Shown piece by piece: positions 59,351 to 64,000 of a stretch of DNA of 64,000 nucleotides (positions are counted from its first letter, which is position 1; each line of letters opens with the position of its first letter). The position numbers were made by a program, and so were the translations under genes. The stretch comes from Macrostomum lignano (lineage: Eukaryota), in contig NIVC01001366.1 in the NCBI GenBank assembly GCA_002269645.1, positions 21,156 to 85,155 on the forward strand, in the 5' to 3' direction. Below the pieces are notes generated by a model. That model had not been told where the DNA came from. It saw only the letters and a program-made list of their open reading frames with translations, and ran no database searches.

Positions 59351-60254
59351 CAGCAAAGCCAAGCTGTAAATTTACCTGTCGCTTTAACTGTACGAGATGC
59401 TCGATCCCCAGTGCAATTGCTATTTCACAACCGACTGCCTTCACTACGGTAAGCTTTCGTAGGGCGACTTCAGGTTTGCACGCTGCACCTTGACTTTTCC
59501 TGGGAAAATTTTCCCCCAGCCCGATCGATATTATTTCTAAAAGGATGTGAATGCAAAAAGTAAATAGAATATAGAAGTACCGGAGGGAATCAGACTAACG
59601 GGTATTGAACAGGTAAATCAGCGGCTTCAATGCTGCCAGCCTCCATGCTGTGCAGCATGGGGAGCAGAAAACTTCAGAAAACTGCCACCCCGCACTGTCA
59701 CCAGCACCCCTGCCCGCTCGTTCCCGCAGCCTTTAATCTTAGCTCGTCATCGCTGGTTCAAGGAGCTCCGTTGCGCCCCGCTGGCCCGTCAGTCTCCCAG
59801 CGCTTTGTTGCCAGAGAAAACTTTGACGAGATCCCCGTTTATCTGGCTCATTGGTCTCTCGTTCAAACTGGAGGGGGGACCGGGCGCGCTTTGGGCAGCC
59901 ACCCAGACTGGCGATCGACAGAGCTGGACAAAATACTAATTGGTTTTGTCTGTGCGATACTCAAGAATTTCAGCGACTGTCAAGCTCAGTGGCGCTGCCG
60001 CTGCAAAGCACTGTAGGTCCGTGTTCTAAAAGCAATTCCAGTAAGTAATTTGAGCTCCTGTAGACACTGGCTGCACAGCTAAAACTAGTTCAGCACTTCC
60101 TCATCAAATACCAGATTCCTAAAGTACATAGTGTCTCATCTTCTAATAGCCAAGCCTGCTGCACCAGACTATGGTGCTCCCTGGTTGCAGCAGGAGTCCT
60201 ACTGAGTGAATTGCTTCATTCTTTGCATCCTTATTTTAGCTCGTACTCATGTGA

Positions 60255-60620
60255 TTCTTATGTGATCTTTATGTGATTCTTATGTGATTCTTATGTGATC
60301 CTTTTGTGATTCTTTTGTGATTCTTATGTGATTCTTATGTGATTCTTATGTGATCCTTTTGTGATCCTTTTGTGATTCTTATGTGATCCTTTTGTGATTC
60401 TTATGTGATCCTTATGTGATTCTTATGTGATTCTCATGTGATTCTTATGTGATTCTCATGTGATTCTTATGTGATATTTATGTGATATATATGTGATCCT
60501 TTTCTGACCCTATGTGATCCTTATGTGATTCTCATGTGATTCTTATGTGATTCTCATGTGATTCCTATGTGATCTTTATGTGATTCTTATGTGATCCTTA
60601 TTTGACCTTATGTGATCCTG
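60255..60620. repeat. 11-bp minisatellite
   Basis: Unit ttatgtgattc, about 30 copies. Confidence 0.85.
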
Positions 60621-61336
60621 ATGTAATCAGATTTCAGTAGAAGTTTTGTATCTCTACAGCGAACAAATCGAATTGCAAGTTCCAGCCTCCATGACGCATC
60701 TATTAAACACTCCGCATAGCAAATCTTGTGGAGCTCTCAAAGTGCATTTTGAGCTTTGATCACGGCTGCGAGAGCAGACGCTGAGGCTCAGAGTATTTTT
60801 GCAGTTTCCCTCCCGTGGCTGTCTGTTGTTTATTCGCCTGCTAATGCTTTGATAATGCTTTGATCACCTGACTCCCGCTATCCACTGGGACTGTTGAGTC
60901 GCCTGAGTTTCCGCGCATTCTTTCCACTATGGCTGATATTCACCTGTGCACTCCGAATTGGTAAATATACTGGGAGGCTGACCGATGCCCCTCGAACCGG
61001 TGAAGCCAGAGCTGTCTCGCCTTTCATTTTTTTGGTTGGTAATTGAGTGATCAATGCGGCATTGAGTAAGCAGGGGGGCTCAATTATAGAGTTCGGTAGG
61101 CGTCTTGATAATATACACATTCTTATTTAAAAACTGGAGACGGCATGCTGAAGACAGTATGAGTGCGGCCCTCTTGTATGGGTTCAGGAGTCACCGGAAT
61201 CGGCAGAATTGCCTCAGAGCTGGCTGTGGGATCCTATCCTGTCAGTGCTTACTTTTGTAATAAATGCAACCAGTCCAAAGAGATCGAGTCGTTAAAGGCC
61301 AACAGTACTCGTATTGCTACAAGCTACTGGCTACTG

Positions 61337-61451
61337 GCCGATGCTACAAGTTCTGCAGTTTAGTCTAGTCACAGATTAGCAAGGATTTGCGCTGGCCGAT
61401 GCTACAAGTTCTGCAGTTTAGTCTAGTCACAGATTAGCAAGGATTTGCGCT
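61337..61451. repeat. 58-bp direct duplication
   Basis: gccgatgctacaagttctgcagtttagtctagtcacagattagcaaggatttgcgct occurs twice. Confidence 0.85.
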
Positions 61452-62059
61452 AGCTTTGGCCTCCGTGGCACTAAGTTATTTTGGAGAGAAGACAGCGCCT
61501 TGCAAGGTTGTCTGTCAGGCAGCAGCTGGATGGGATCCTGCTCTGCTAAGCCGGAGTCAAATAGCAGTTTGCATTGCGGCTGAGCCCCACAGTTCCGCAG
61601 CAGTTCGCTAACAGGATTAACTGCATGCACAGGCCAGTTAGCTCGTGTGCCAGTAGCCTTAGAAAGCATATGAGAGCAGACAGACCCAACCGCCGAGTGC
61701 TGCGAACAGACAGACTGTTTGAGCTTCAAATCTTCGACATTCTCTTGGGCCGAATCGCAAGTGGCAGCTGAGTTCAGATCGCTTTCGAACGGCGGTCTTT
61801 AAAGCGGATTTCGCTGAGAATCACACGGAACTCAGGCTTAGGAATGTCCTCCCTTCCTGAGATGGTCGAGAAAAGAGCCGAGCCTGACCAGAGCCTGTGG
61901 AGAGGGCTGCAGCCTGTAAAAAGCATCCTTTATAAACAAGCGATGAAGCAACCTAAAAGGTCTGCATTTTTGTGGGGTTGATGCAAAATCTCGTCTCAAA
62001 GGTATTCTGAAAATTGGAAGCAGAGCAACGCGGATCAAATGTTACAGCCGGGCCTGAAC

Positions 62060-62312
62060 GCAAAGCGCCTGCTGCAAGAGCCCATTGCACACACGAAGCG
62101 CCTGCTGCAAGAGCCCATTGCACACACGAAGCGCCTGCTGCAAGAGCCCATTGTACACACGATGCTGCAAGAGCCCATTGTACACACGAAGCGCCTGCTG
62201 CAAGAGCCCATTGCACACACGAAGCGCCTGCTGCAAGAGCCCATTGTACACGCGAAGCGCCTGCTGCAAGAGCCCATTGTACACACGAAGCGCCTGCTGC
62301 AAGAGCCCATGC
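62060..62312. repeat. 33-bp minisatellite
   Basis: Unit gcgcctgctgcaagagcccattg(c/t)acacacgaa, about 7.5 copies. Confidence 0.85.
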
Positions 62313-62644
62313 ATTGTACTCGTTCGGGCCGAACAGCCGCCCCAATGCGAATCCACCGGTGGGCTGGGGCGGTCACGCACCGCTCTCTGCCAGCTCTACA
62401 GATCTGTCTGCGGTAGAGTGAGAGAGCTCTTAATTAAAAATCCCGGGAGCTGGAGTCATTTCTGCTGCAATAGGTCTTGGAGTCAGGAAAGCAAAGTAAT
62501 TTCTGTGTTTTGGAAGGAGAGACGGACCAGAGGGCCGGAATTTTCCTGAGCTGAAATTATTTGTGCTTTGGCGTGCAAGTATGCGGCTCGTGCTATCTAC
62601 ATGTATCACCCTGTCCTCAGATCTAAGCAACTCCTCCGAATATA

Positions 62645-63540
62645 GACAAGCCTCCGAATCTAGACACCCCTCCGAATCTAGACACCCCTCCGAATCTAGA
62701 CACCCCTCCGAATCTAGACACCCCTCCGAATCTAGACACCCCTCCGAATCTAGACACCCCTCCGAATCTAGACACCCCTCCGAATCTAGACACCCCTACG
62801 AATCTAGACACCCTCCGAATCTGGACACCCTCCGAATCTAGACACCCCTCCGAATCTAGACACCCCTCCGAATCTAGACACCCCTCCGAATCTAGACACC
62901 CTCCGAATCTAGACACCTCTCCGAATCTAGACACCTCTCCGAAGCTAGACAATCCCTCCAAATCTATAGACACCCCTCCGAAGCTAGACACCCCTCCAAA
63001 TCTAGACAGCCCTCGGAGTCTAAACACCCCTCCGAATCTAGACACCCCTCCGAATCTAGACACCCCTCCGAATCTAGACACCCCTCCGAATCTAGACACC
63101 CTCTGAATCTAGACACCCCTCCGAATATATGGACACCCCTCCAAGTCTAGACACCCTCCGAGTCTAAACACCTCTGTCGTGTCGTGGCTGGCTAGCCAAA
63201 CTTGAGCCGCAAATGGGCGAGAGGTTGTTATTTATTGTAGTTGGCATTGCACATAGATGTACATGCAGATACGAGTAAAGCATCAGCTAATAGATTAGAC
63301 GGTTAGGCATAAGCGTACATTGACAGACAGAGCAGGCGGGGAGAGAGCAAGCAGTCCTAAACTCAGCGCCAATAACAATTGGGTGCAGCCCCACACTGCG
63401 CACTTCAAGTCAAGTCACGATACAACAACCTCTCCAAATCTATAGACACCCCTCCGAGTCTAAAAACCTCTCCAAATCTATAGACACCCCTCCGAAGCTA
63501 GACACCCCTTTAAATCCAGAAACTACTCCGAATCCAGACA
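62645..63540. repeat. 18-bp minisatellite in two blocks (62645-63175, 63430-63540)
   Basis: Unit cccctccgaatctagaca. Confidence 0.85.
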
Positions 63541-64000
63541 AATTCAGATCTATTCCGTCTAGCCACCGATGCCTCGCATTGAATGGATGCGAAGCACCTC
63601 CCTCCACCAAGAAAGGCTGCGCAGAAGCTGTTGGCAAGCTTCACTTTGGATGCCAAATTTGCCAAACTCGTAAAACAGCTCTCACGGAATGACAGTGCTT
63701 GGTGTACGAGAATTGCGAACGGAAAGTTGTCTTGCAAGTCATAAAAAAAGCAACGGTACACGGCCAGAAAAAGCCGCGGTCTTAAATGGCTTTTGCCACA
63801 TCTGTGCAGTGGCTGTAATTTCTTTATTTCCCTAAATACGAGTAGAACGACTTGGTTGCTGGCCCAGCCGATTGCAGAAAGCGTGTCCGGTCCGCAGCCG
63901 CTTCAGCAGCAGCCGAAGGCTGGCTTTCTTTGATGGAGACAGCCCGCCAAAATGGCACCATTGTCAACTCAGCAGCAGCCGAACTGAATGCATACTCATT

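Overview
Eukaryotic (animal) genomic DNA. The GC-rich coding exons, C-rich ..CGCAG acceptors and a different minisatellite in almost every intron or spacer suggest a free-living flatworm of the Macrostomum type; this is an inference. The left-centre holds six tightly packed, co-oriented (minus-strand) housekeeping genes: THOC3, alpha-mannosidase II, BRK1, ZFYVE19, PCCA and TRAPPC2L, a candidate SL-trans-spliced operon. Orphan ATG-less coiled-coil ORFs, a LINE RT relic and a Tc1/mariner deletion derivative lie within and beyond the cluster. A ~4.5 kb AT-rich, almost CpG-free block follows. The right half carries accessory genes: a kinase-domain-only STE-like kinase, a ~1300-aa split-VWA + papain-like protease, an intronless-CDS 418-aa protein with a myristoylation motif, a glycine zipper and a C-terminal CxE...CxxC toxin-type deaminase domain (top finding), and an intronless DEG/ENaC channel. 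Several minisatellites are amplified copies of splice donors, stop codons or start contexts. Exon boundaries were derived by hand from GT/AG sites and reading-frame continuity.
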